From Auanema rhodensis (lineage: Eukaryota; Animalia; Nematoda): a stretch of 64,000 nucleotides of DNA. A model generated the notes under the pieces. It saw only the letters and a program-made list of their open reading frames with translations. It made no database searches and had not been told where the DNA came from. The position numbers and the translations under genes are program-made. Location of the stretch: NCBI GenBank assembly GCA_964057225.1, contig OZ059897.1, positions 16,058,001 through 16,122,000 of the forward strand, read 5' to 3'. Positions 41,390-53,260 of this stretch are shown here, piece after piece; positions within the stretch are counted from its first letter, which is position 1; every line of letters begins with the position of its first letter.

Positions 41390-43499
41390 CGGGACCAACA
41401 GGTTAATCCATTAAAGCTAATTGCTAAAGTACATTACAAGTGGACTCTGAATATAAATGCATTATAAACTGATTTAAAATATATGAAAAAGCTTTTAATA
41501 ACGCAAGGTAGCTAATTGAATATATTACATGATCTCCTGTTTTCTACATTCTGCTATGTTAGAAGAGCAATACACACGTCAATTTGCGTACAAAAATTTG
41601 AAGTGCAGTGTGTTGGAAATTGGCTGATAAACACCATGAATTTAATTACTGCTTGACTAAGCATTATAACAGAAGATATCTTATATATATGTATATGAAG
41701 CATTATAATTAGATTTTAGTATGCTATTATATATTCTATCAGCATAGTTGTAATGATCAGCGAATAAGGAACACTGTAATGAAAACTATAATGAAACCAG
41801 ATAGCAATTTTATCCAATTTTCAAAGCTACTGTGATAATTTTCACTCCAAGTGGGTTAATTTATGAGATAATTGTTAATTATTTTTGTTAGCAATCATTT
41901 TATCCGAGAAGCTTACCTTTTTTCAGGAATTATTAATCATAATCTACATTAGTTCTTATGAGAATATATGTTCGTAGTACTATGACGTTCCCATTTAATA
42001 AGAAACGTAAGTAACCAGTATTCTTTTTTATATCAGTTCAATAGAACAATTATATTATTATTATTATTCGGTTTTGTTAACACTACACTGATTCACAACT
42101 CTATATGTTAGCTAATTAATTCCTTCTTCAATTTTACAGTCTAATACATGATTTATCTATGTTTGAAAGTTTCCAATTATGTTTGCTTATATTTTAACAA
42201 TTTTTAAAATAGTTTTCCTAATTTATCTCTTGGGTATATAGATTATTGTAGTATTTGATATTAACACGAATATTATAATAAAGTTTTGTTATTTTTAGCC
42301 TATTTATTTTATAATTAAAATACCCGTAATCTATAAGTTCTTCAAAGAATTATATACTGGAGTAAAACTTGTCAGCTTCTTCTGTTATATTTATATTTCT
42401 CGATGGATATCTTCTATCCATAGAGAAATAATAACCATGGTATTTCTTCATATACATCAAATATAAATGTAGAGGTTTTTGGGATGGAGTTTAATATATG
42501 TATGTATGTCATAGTTTTTCAAACTATATAGTTTATTAAATTATTCGTCATTTATTGACTCATAAGAACTTCAAAATTCCTCTAAAAAATATAAATGAGC
42601 AATTTTCACTGCATATTTTTCAAATCTTTCGTTTGCCATTTCATTTTCGCCTTTTATGCGTATATAGATAATTAAATTTTAGAGAAAATGGAGATGAAAT
42701 GAGGTTGAGACATAGAGAGACGTAGTGATATGTACAAATCAGAATACGAAATTGGTGAAAAGACAAAGCATAACTTGGAGAGAGAGAAAGGAAGTATAGT
42801 TAGAGGACGGAGAGGCATAACCAGTAATAAGTCAAGCAAGTTTTCTCATGTTATCAGTTCGTGAAATTTCTTTTTCCAGGTGCATTCCATTTCTTTTTAG
42901 ATAAGTGTTGCTCATGTCAAATAAATTAGTTAAATGTCTTAATCATTACGTATTATAAGAAGTATTATATTACTTATAATATATGCTACTACTATTATAT
43001 TCTTTCTTTTTTCCATTAAATAACAATATAGCTTACATACAATTGATTTCAAGCGTATTTTAATTCATTTTGAACAGTTTATTTCTGCAGCTTCAGAGCT
43101 TGATAATTGTATGTTTTCTAAATATTTACGAAAGCAAAATTAGCATTATGATTATTATATATCTTCCTGTTTCATACAAATTTTTAAAATAAAAGTTTTG
43201 AAATTTCATTCACTTCTTGAATTGTGTCCCGTTTTAATTTATTATCCCATTTTCGTTTTTATTTTTTGATTATTTTTGACAAAGTGAATGAAATCAAAAG
43301 CATAAAATCTCAAGATCCCACAGCTGTACAGAAGGTGTTGAGATTTACTTATTCCAATGCTTATACCTTTTTTTTCCATCCTATCAATGCAATTTAGTAA
43401 TTACTAACTGTTAAATATAACAATAAATATGAAGTAATCTTAGTACCAAGTAGTTCAATCGATTTTATTTTTTTCAATAATTATATATTAAATCATAAT

Positions 43500-43539
<40 letters not shown>

Positions 43540-45249
43540 GTTCCGTGCAATAAGAGTCATAGCTATACATTTTACTCTCAGATGATCTATTCTCATTACT
43601 ACTATCATTATATATTTTAAATCAAACATAAACAGATAAATGGACTTTTGCATACATGAAAAGTTTCATTTTTGTTATTTTTCATTGAAAAAAAAAAGGT
43701 ATTTCATTCATTAAGCTTTGTTCAAACTGTCTAGTTCCTATTTTGTATAATTGAAAAAAGATAATAATTCTGATGATTTGGATGATTTTAAAGTATTAGA
43801 TATTTTTATTATATTTAAATTGGAGAATATTCTTTTTTTTTTCAAAATTCTAATTAATAATCTCAATACATACATGTATATCACATTTGATAATACTGTG
43901 CAAGAAACTTTATTAATTTGAGCAAATCTAGCTCTTATTTGTACAAGTGCATACTTTAAAAACAAATGAATATATATAATGATATATCGATATCAGGTTG
44001 CTATCTGTATTTCCTTCTTATAAACTATATTTTTCATATATATATATATCATTATATATCATTATATATTCATACAATAAGCACATTTAAACTCAGTATC
44101 TCTATCACTATTAAAATTAGTTTGTAGCTATGTTTATTCAAAATCTCGGAAATTATTTGTTACTTTTTTTTTGTTCAAACATTGGTTTTCAAAATTCGCA
44201 GGCTTATCAATTTTTTAAAATTTTTTTTTTGAATGGTTCCAATAAAAATGCTTTTAGTCTAAATTAACTTTATCATTTTCAAACAAATGGTTGTTGACTC
44301 TCTATCTATATAGCAAGCTTTATCCATATCCACTTATTAGAAAGTGATTCACAATCAACAATCAAAATTCAAATTATCAAGACTTTTTTTATATCAAAGT
44401 AAATGTTTTAATGAAAAAAAATTATAACATGAGATATATATATATATATATATATATATTCGTACGTCACATATTTTCTATAATTCTATCAATTTTTATT
44501 TATTATATATCTGAAAGTTTCTCGTACTCTTTTACATTCTTTCTCACCACTTGTCATTTTCTCTTATATTCTCAAGGGTATTATAACATGTTTTTGTAAT
44601 TAACTATTTTTTTAAAACGTCTATATAATAATTATACATCTCTTAGATATATTTTTTATTCTTTAACTATTATTAATATAATATTTTAATTATGTTAGTT
44701 ATGATTCAACTAATCCCAATGTTAAAAATAAACGTTTTCCCTTTCTATGTTTAAATATTTCTATTTCTAAGAATACAATTCTTTCATTTCAGGACACTTA
44801 AATATTCTTTGTCTTAATATGTATATATCTCCACTCTTGTAACAAATGTGTAAGAACAGATGAAATACAAAAAAAATTTCAATATATACTTTTTAAAATA
44901 TTAATTAGACTATTTTCATTCTTTCTTACTGTTAATTGATGTATGAAGACAATATATAATATATATATATATAGACGAAATATTTTAATTTTATAAATAT
45001 TCTGCAACAAACTTTTCATCTTAAGCTTAGTTCTTACTCCTTCTTCCTATACTTTATCTTTCATTTTGTTTTTAAAAACATTTATACTACTTTTATAACG
45101 AAAATATTCAAATTGATTTTCTATTTTAAGAATATATGTAACATGTTAATATTTATTTTTATATGAGCATTTTGTAATATTCATATGTTTTATGTAAAAG
45201 TTCTAGTTTATTGACATATTATATTCGTTCTAGATATGTCTAATGTCTG

Positions 45250-46679
45250 ATGGGATCTGTTTTGTGTGGACCTAAAAAGAAAAAAACTGTTTGTGATAAC
45301 TATATTTTCTTTTTTCTTTTACAGCTTTATTTTAATTTTATAGATAGGTGGAGCGTCATGGATTGGAAATGATTCTGAAAATCCTTTTGACAATCTTTCA
45401 AAAAAGGAGAGAATGTGCTTAAGAGAAACTTTTCAGGTTATTATCATTAGTCCTGTTAAAACAGTTTGTTAACAAATTATTTTTAAGAGGCTTGATGATC
45501 CCAAAGAAATTGTTGGTAAAATATTCTGTGATATTGTTAATGATCTTGAGCCAGATTTAAAAAAAGTAATTTACACCTCAATATAAAACTGATAAACTTA
45601 ACCCATTCAGGTTTTTGGAGTTGACAGAGCACCTAGAGCAACCATGACAAAAATGCCCAAATTTGGTGGACATATAGCTAGATTCACTGAATTTATTGAT
45701 CAAGTCTTGAAGAAAATTAAAAATATTTTCAAATATACTCTTTTAGCTTACAACTATGTTAGGATATACGGAAAATCTAACTGGAGCTTGGCAACTGGTA
45801 CGAAAAACAGGCAGATCTCATGTTAAACAGGGGTGCACATTCAATTTTAATAAATATAATGATTTATTTATATAAAATACAATGTTCATGTATTTTAAAC
45901 TCATAAAACAAGAAAGCCATTTACATTTATAGCATATGATTAAAAGTCTATTTCTAGTTTTGAAATGTAGGAAAAAAACAAAACTCTTAGTGCATAGAAC
46001 TTAAAGCTTAATAATGAAACATCATTAATTATACTAACAAATATAAATATATTCATATTTATATACTTTGTTACAGATTTCTGCAGGAAAATCAAAATCA
46101 AATGGAAAAAAATTATTTTGAAATTGTGATCCGTACGTTCATAGAACGAATGATTCCATATCTAACTGGTGAACAGGTAATTCAATCTTTAAAGCCGAGA
46201 AATACTTTTCAAATTAGGAATTATCACCCGCTGAAGGCCAAGAAAAGAAGAAAGTCCGTTTTGCTCAAAGTTATCAACCTCCACAAATTCAGGATGTTTG
46301 GATAAGGTTTATTAACTATATAATATTTCAAAACTCCATTAAATCAAAATTATTGATTTAGATTTTTTGGGATAATGATTAATCAAATGACTGATGCATT
46401 TGAGCTTGAGCGTACAAAACAAAGAAATGCTCAAACACAAAAAGCTTTAGCTCCTCATCAATATGTTGAAAATAACGAAAGGAAAAAAAAGAAAATTCAG
46501 GTGAGTTAAGTGTAGAGTAGATTACAAAATTTAAAGGAATTAAGTTTTTTGTTGTAAAAAAAATGTTTGTTTGTAATTCTCTTATAATCTGTTTCCAGGA
46601 AAAACAAAGTGAAATAGAAAATACAGCTAGCTCACACGAACAGAAAGAACCAGAACAAATGTTCGAAGATCCTTTCTAG
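45250..46679 (+). CDS. glb-12: Membrane-anchored globin GLB-12 orthologue (N-myristoylation/palmitoylation motif)
   Basis: MGSVLCGPKKKKT-IGGASWIGNDSENPFD...FGVDRAPRATMTKMPKFGGHIARF...ENLTGAWQLVRKTGRSHVKQGFL...MEKNYFEIV...KALAPHQ...QMFEDPF* is co-linear with C. elegans GLB-12 as I recall it. Gly2, Cys6 and the polybasic patch are present. Confidence 0.9.
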
Positions 46680-47030
46680 AATTTTTTTTTGTAAATTTCT
46701 TGGCACTTTGATATTATGATGCAATTAGGAGTATTTAGAATGTGAACATTAATAATAAAAATTTATCTGCAAGACTGTTTTTATCTATTTACAGTAAAAT
46801 ATGTACAATAACAATAATAACTATAATATATCGTTTTGAAATAATTTAATAACTACTATTAATGCTCTTATATAATTTTAATTGTACAATATATGTTTTC
46901 CTAGAATATCTAGTTCTATCTATATAGAATTTTTCATTTTTGTATCTGTTCATATACAGATTTCTGTTTTTCTATACATTTTCCTTTGTTTTTTGATTGT
47001 TAAGGGCTATTACTATTTCCTTTCTTTACA

Positions 47031-48101
47031 ATGCTCTTCTTAACAATATTATTAATATGTATTATTAGTAATTCAACAGTTCTATCCATAACTTGTCAGA
47101 AATGTAAGTAAAAATGATATTTTAATATTCAAAAATTATAATTTTAAACGGAAAATATTCTGAATTTAGGGAACAGAAATAATAATATAACTACGACATG
47201 CGAATCATCAATAGCTTGTATAGCGTAAGTTTGTTATAATTCAAAATAATTGCTAATAATGTTTATTATTCATTATATAATATATTTTATTTGAATTTTA
47301 TTAAACAAATAATCATAGTATAAGCATGAATGGTATAGCCCAAGTCTTTTTAGATGGAAATCCATACTACAAAGTACGTATTTTAAAAATAATTATACAT
47401 AATATTTGTTAAAAATAAAGTTCCTACAAAACTTATTTCAATTTGTAGTTTTTGAATACAGCACTTTCTGGGTGTCCAGATCAGCCAATTGGAAGTAGTA
47501 TGAGCAGCTTTGATAGTCAATTACTAGCTGAAGAAGTGATGTCATTATGCAAGGTATAATGAACTTCTTAAGAATAATTTCATAAAATATATGTTTTCTT
47601 TCAAGTACTCGTTGGGTACCAAATTTTAGGGACTTCACATCTCTGTTGAATCTAGGTTTTAGGTTTCTGAAAAGTACTTTCTTAGTCTATTTCCACATTT
47701 TCCCCATAAATAAAAAAATCTGATCAAGAATTGTAAGAACCATGAGGTTAAACTTTTTAGAAATCGGAAGATACTGGTGGTTGCCTACGAAACATGACAA
47801 TTTTACCTTATATGCATCATCAACTCTGGCAAAAGTTTGTTTTAAAATCTTATTTTTATTATTTTATATTTGAAATATCAATATTTATAGTAAATATAAA
47901 TAATAATTTTATTTTCAATTTATTAATATTTGTTTTAGAACTCAAAAGGACTTATATACCGCATTGAGTGCAACACATGGGCACATCGGGATTCGATACG
48001 ACTACTGTTGTTGTCAAGAAGATAATTGTAATGAACTTTGGATCAATCATTTAAACAATAATTATGAAAACAAAAAATTGAAAGGCGCATTGTATAATTA
48101 A
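47031..48101 (+). CDS. Secreted Ly6/uPAR (three-finger)-like cysteine-rich protein, 6 exons
   Basis: MLFLTILLICIISNSTVLS-ITCQKWNRNNNITTTCESSIACIA-ISMNG...NPYYK-FLNTALSGCPDQ...MSLCK-KSEDTGGCLRN...-DYCCCQEDNCNELW...LYN*. There are 10 mature cysteines with a terminal CCCxxDxCN, and splice phases are consistent. The ORF track misses this gene. Confidence 0.82.
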
Positions 48102-48468
48102 CATTAAAGTACTAATTTGTTGTTTTATTTTAAACTTTTATATAAGTACAATCAATATATTTGAAGAAATCTAAATTTGTCATCTTACGCACTTATATAA
48201 CTATGAGTACTATTCAACAATAAAGCACTTCCTTTTCTACTTATTTCGAAATATTTAAAATTTTACATGGAATATATATATAATTTGTAACTGTTAGTAT
48301 GTGAATACATCTACAATTATCCGGTTTTTTTCATATCTGGAATAAAATATATACATTGGCATTGAGAAAAATAGATAACCTTTCAACCTCAATCATATGA
48401 TCAATAGAAAATCGTGGAAATATTGGATTATAGTCAAACATTCCAATATTACGTGAGGATATTTCAAT

Positions 48469-48785
48469 ATGCTGAAGCTAATATTTTTAATCCTTTTGTT
48501 GTTTATTAACGGATTAGAATGGTATGTTTCACAGTAAAATTATATATGTATATATGTATTATTATTATTAGCAGCTCTCTCGTGAATTTCACTAATGAAA
48601 ATGATGGAAATGGACATGATCAAGTTGTACGAGCTAAGCGTTATCTACCTATTGCTAGCATGTGGCCTAATTATGGTTACGGATATGGAAATTACTATGG
48701 TTATCTTGGTGGTTTAAATCAAAATACATTTCCACTTGGAGGATATGGACAACTGTCTTCGCCTTGGGGAATGTTCACTGGATAG
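48469..48785 (+). CDS. Secreted Gly/Tyr-rich propeptide (antimicrobial nlp/cnc/grsp-like architecture), 2 exons
   Basis: MLKLIFLILLLFINGLEC-SSLVNFTNENDGNGHDQVV-RAKR-YLPIASMWPNYGYGYGNYYGYLGG...GGYGQLSSPWGMFTG*. Confidence 0.85.
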
Positions 48786-50922
48786 ATTTGAATAAATAAT
48801 TTACATTTTTTCTTCAGAAAATATCTATTTTTCTTGAAACCTTGATGAATGTATATTTGTATAAAATAAATGTTTGTCTTAGAATCCGTTCTGCTTCTTC
48901 AACCGTCGCCTGAGCAGAATCACATATGCTCGTCCGAATCTAGAATTCAGCATCACCTGATTCAGTTCTCTTTAAGCTTTTTTTTCTACGGGAAAATCAA
49001 ACTTTCTGAACAGAAATTGGCACAAAGCATCACCGTTCAATGTTCCACTACAGAGTTTATTAATGAACAAAACATTTTCATTCTATCTCATCTATTACAA
49101 TGTTTGTAATTTATTAATACATGCTTTATATTCTTTTTTATAGTAAGAAATGGTAAGTTTATGTTTATGTTTTCGTTTCGTTTGTTCTCTTCATTCATCA
49201 GTTAGCTATAAAGAAAACAATGCAACAATGATATAACCATAATATTGTTGTCTTCTTTTACAACATTTGACACCTTTATACAGTTTATATTTTTAATATC
49301 TAAAGGAAGCTTGAGGAAAATTCTTGATTACTTTATCAAATACGAACCCAATGGATTATGATTAATTATATATTTTGCGGAAACGATTACTTAGGGAGCA
49401 GTATAAAATCAAAAATTCACTCTTACACTCATTCATTCTATTATATATTATATATATTTCTTTCTTTCTTTCTATATCTTCTCTTTCTGAACATATAATA
49501 TTAGCGTTTTCTCTCGTTTCTCTTGCAAATTATATTATATACAATGATTCTTCCTGTCTGGCCCTAAAGCAGCTCTGCGTCTATGGCCTCCCGATCAGCT
49601 GGGAAGGCTTGTCCTTTCTATTTCCTTCGTCTTCTCATACAAATATTTATTTTCTGTCATTAACCAACCCTTCACACTTTTCCTATGTTCGGCTCTTCTT
49701 TCTTAAATCAGAAGTTTTTGTCCTATAAGTATAGTTTCTACTAAAATTGCACATACATTTGACCTCGTGATTCGTTGATATATATGTAGCCAATCGTGGT
49801 TGTTGCATATAAATACGCTACAATTAGTAAATCGAATTGGCAGTGCATTCAAGAATCAATAATTGTTGAGTTTACCAGTCTTTCATTGAGCATTATGCTT
49901 TATTTATTTGGAAAAAAAGTCGAAAAATTGTCAACGATAAACGAACGTGTTTTTACGGAGGACAAGAATTGGGTGGGTCTGTCTCTTCCATCACAGCAGC
50001 TCTTCACATGACATTGTAATCGATTTTTCGGTTCATTTGCCATCCAATAAACTGTTTCCTCTCTGTTTTTATCCTGAAGCATCAGTTATCAATAATGGTT
50101 TAGGGCACTAGTTCATTTCAAATAAAAATTCATGTCATCTGTTTCTTAATGTATTACTTCCTGATACACCAACGATAAAACAGTCTTCAATTTCTAATAC
50201 AGTTATTTGTTAAATTAATTGAATGAGATAGTAGTTTAAAGTTTTCATTAACTATCTCTTATTTCTATTATTTTTCTTTATATAATATGAATATTTTTTT
50301 GTAGAATTGGTAGAATTAGATGACGAGAGTTCTAGAAATTCATACAGTTAAATTCATTTATGACTATTTTTACAATCTGATAAGTTTATAATTTCCTAAT
50401 ATATATGTTTTATGTTTTTTATTTTCAAAATATATATTTGTTATTTGAACAGTTTGGCAGACAGTCAGCTGATTTCTACTCAAACTGTTGTACATGATCA
50501 TCGATTTATTTCGGAAATACGAACGGTCGTGCTCAATCCTGTTCACAAAATTAAATCTGTTTCCGTTGATATTAGTTACACTAGTTAAAATAGAAAAGTC
50601 AGTATTATATAATATATATGATAAAATATTATTATTATCATATTATTTAAAAATGTATTCGGAAAAAACTCACCTTTCTATTCAATCCAAAATCTTTTTT
50701 CTCTGAGCTGTTCATGCTAGCTCCCTTGCGGCCACACTTTTTAGATGTTCAAATTCTAATTGCTAGGTACTTTTGCTAGTACTTCGAGTGTGTTTGCCTA
50801 GTTTCAAGTCTTCTATCTATCGTTGTTCATTATGGTTCTCCTACTATGATTTAATCTTAGCTTTCCTCTTATCCATTTCATTTATTATACTTCATGTTTT
50901 AATTTATTTTATTTTTCAGTAA

Positions 50923-52666
50923 ATGGACCTTAGTCTGTTGATTCTTCTCGTTTGCGTTCTGATTGCCGTATGGCTTCTCCGGTACATCGCTAGTGTTTTC
51001 ATGGAAAAAATCGAGGTTTGTGGTCGAACATCTGTCGAATCTTTCATCCGAGCATGGCCCATAAGCTGTAGTGGTCCAAATGAATGCTACAGTGGGAGGT
51101 TGTGGTGTAGAAAGATACTAGAGATATGAAATTCGATATAAATCGATTTTTGCCCGATCCAATGAAAAATATTTGATTGCATTCGATGCTGGAACAATGA
51201 GAAATAAGTATTGACTAGTAATAGTTAATAAGAATTCATAGATCGGTAAAGGCCTTGAGGCTGAACTGGTTACAAGAAGGTCACACACAGGACTCCTTGG
51301 GGGAACTCCTTTGTTAGTCACACACATGGCGCGCAAAAGCATGTTCTAGCTTCTTATTGAAGCTATCTATGTCAAAAAGCCGGTGGAAGTGGTAGTTGTG
51401 TTGGGAATCAGCATCTTCCTAATGTATTTTCTTTCTTTTCTATTTTCTTTCTATTGTCTAAGCATCCCTCTACCCCCTCAACTTTTAACCTCTCGTGGAC
51501 AATAGCTGCTTCTAACATAGCAGGGACATAATTTTTATGTATACGAATGTAAATTTCCAAATCGCAAATGAAGTGATATATAGAGAGAAAACTTGGAAAT
51601 TTCAAGTGAATAGATGATTTCTTCGTCATCTTTTAGTTGATATCGCTTTAAACCTTATGGTTTAGTTGTAACAAACTAAGGTGCTTCTCGGGTGGTCGTA
51701 ATTTCAAACCCACAAACATCATATGAACGTTGAAACAGGGTTTGTTATGATTGGGAGGAAAGGGACAAGGGGCTTATTATTTAATTTTAAAATGAATGTC
51801 ATAAAAAAGATTTTTTTTTACTGGAGAGAAAATGGTTTTTTACTTTTTTTTTCAGCCATGCATCACTGAAAGCTCTAAGTACCTGTCTTCACCTTTGACT
51901 GTTTACTACAAACATCGTGTTGGTGCTTACAGTGGTACTGCATCTATTTGCCAGGAGGTAATTCATTCAGTTTTTCTTTTTTTTACATATTTTCTTATCA
52001 AAAGATTAAATCTATTTTGCCAAGTGATTGCGTAACATTTGGAATTTTTTACGATTCTCCAGAAGATGTCAAAGAACATCTTCTCCAATCCGCAGTTGGA
52101 GTTGTTTTTTCTGGTAAGAAAATATATAATTCAAACTTTAAGTGTATTTTTAATTTATCAGTTGATGGTAAAAATCTGTACAGTGATAACTATGCTCAAC
52201 AATTAACACGTTTCGGATTTGAAAAGATGAATATCTCCAAAATTGGAAGAACTGTTCAAGTTACACAATCCAATAAAGGTTTCCTTTCCTTCTTTGCTCT
52301 CATCTCCTACACATATCCAGCTATTAAGAAATATATTGAGGTAACTAAAAACAAAATGAAAAATTTAATCTTTTTATCGTTTTTAGACTCATCGTCTTGA
52401 AACTACCTATTCCATGGAATTCTACTCTCCTGATAAATTCTACGTATATTTCCCATTAGAAAATGCCGAAGAACTCTGTGTGCCTGAGGTTTTATTCATA
52501 ATTGTAATTGTAAACTGATAGTATTTTTCAGTACAAATCCGTTGATAGATTAGAAGCTGATCTTGCCAAGAAATGTTTTGATTCAGACCAGTCTGACAGC
52601 GAGAGTGAGCCTGATACAGATGTTGATAGCGACGCTGAAGCCGAAGCAATCAACGAGCAAAATTAG
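50923..52666 (+). CDS. TEX264: TEX264-like protein (N-terminal TM anchor, GyrI-like domain, acidic tail)
   Basis: TTTTTCAG lies before the ATG. TM segment MDLSLLILLVCVLIAVWLL, then LTVYYKHRVGAY, FGIFYDSPEDV, QSAVG, RFGFEK, TYPAIKKYI, MEFY and FPLENAEELCVPE, matching the TEX264 motif order. Acidic tail, TAG at 52664-52666. Confidence 0.85.
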
Positions 52667-53110
52667 GATTTCACCTCTTCCAGAGGACTATTCTGTGCTC
52701 AATGTATTCTTTCAAATCCCGTAATCTTTCTATCTGTGGCTATCAAATGTAAACACTGCCTCTACTTGACACACTTTCAAAATAATTTTTCTATGATTAA
52801 GCTATATTAATCAGATTTATATCATGTACATTTATTGAAAGTTTCTAGATTAACTAGACAAGTTTTTTTTCTCCCATATCAACGTCATCTTTCAGATTCA
52901 AATTCATATAAATTGGTGCCACTATGTATAAATGTTTATAAACTTTTTCATATATATTATTATTATTTTTTCCGGTTCAGAGATGGTGATTATAAAAACT
53001 GGAGAGAAAAATGATTAAGAAGATGAAGTATCTTTACTTACTATCACGCCCATCTAGTGAACACAAAATGACTTTTGTTGTAATGGATAACTGTTACCTT
53101 ATTATCTCTT

Positions 53111-53113
<3 letters not shown>

Positions 53114-53165
<52 letters not shown>

Positions 53166-53193
53166 TCTCTCTCTTTCTCTCTCTCTCTTTATT

Positions 53194-53225
<32 letters not shown>

Positions 53226-53260
53226 ACTTTTTCTCTCTCTCTTTCTCTCTCTTGCTCTCT
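53114..53260. repeat. Compound (CT)n microsatellite
   Basis: Long interrupted CT run. Confidence 0.93.

Noticed and set aside
45250-48785. Possible operon of glb-12, the Ly6-like gene and the Gly/Tyr-rich gene
   Set aside because: Same strand, but stop-to-start gaps are ~350-370 bp and the functions are unrelated. This cannot be supported without SL2 data.
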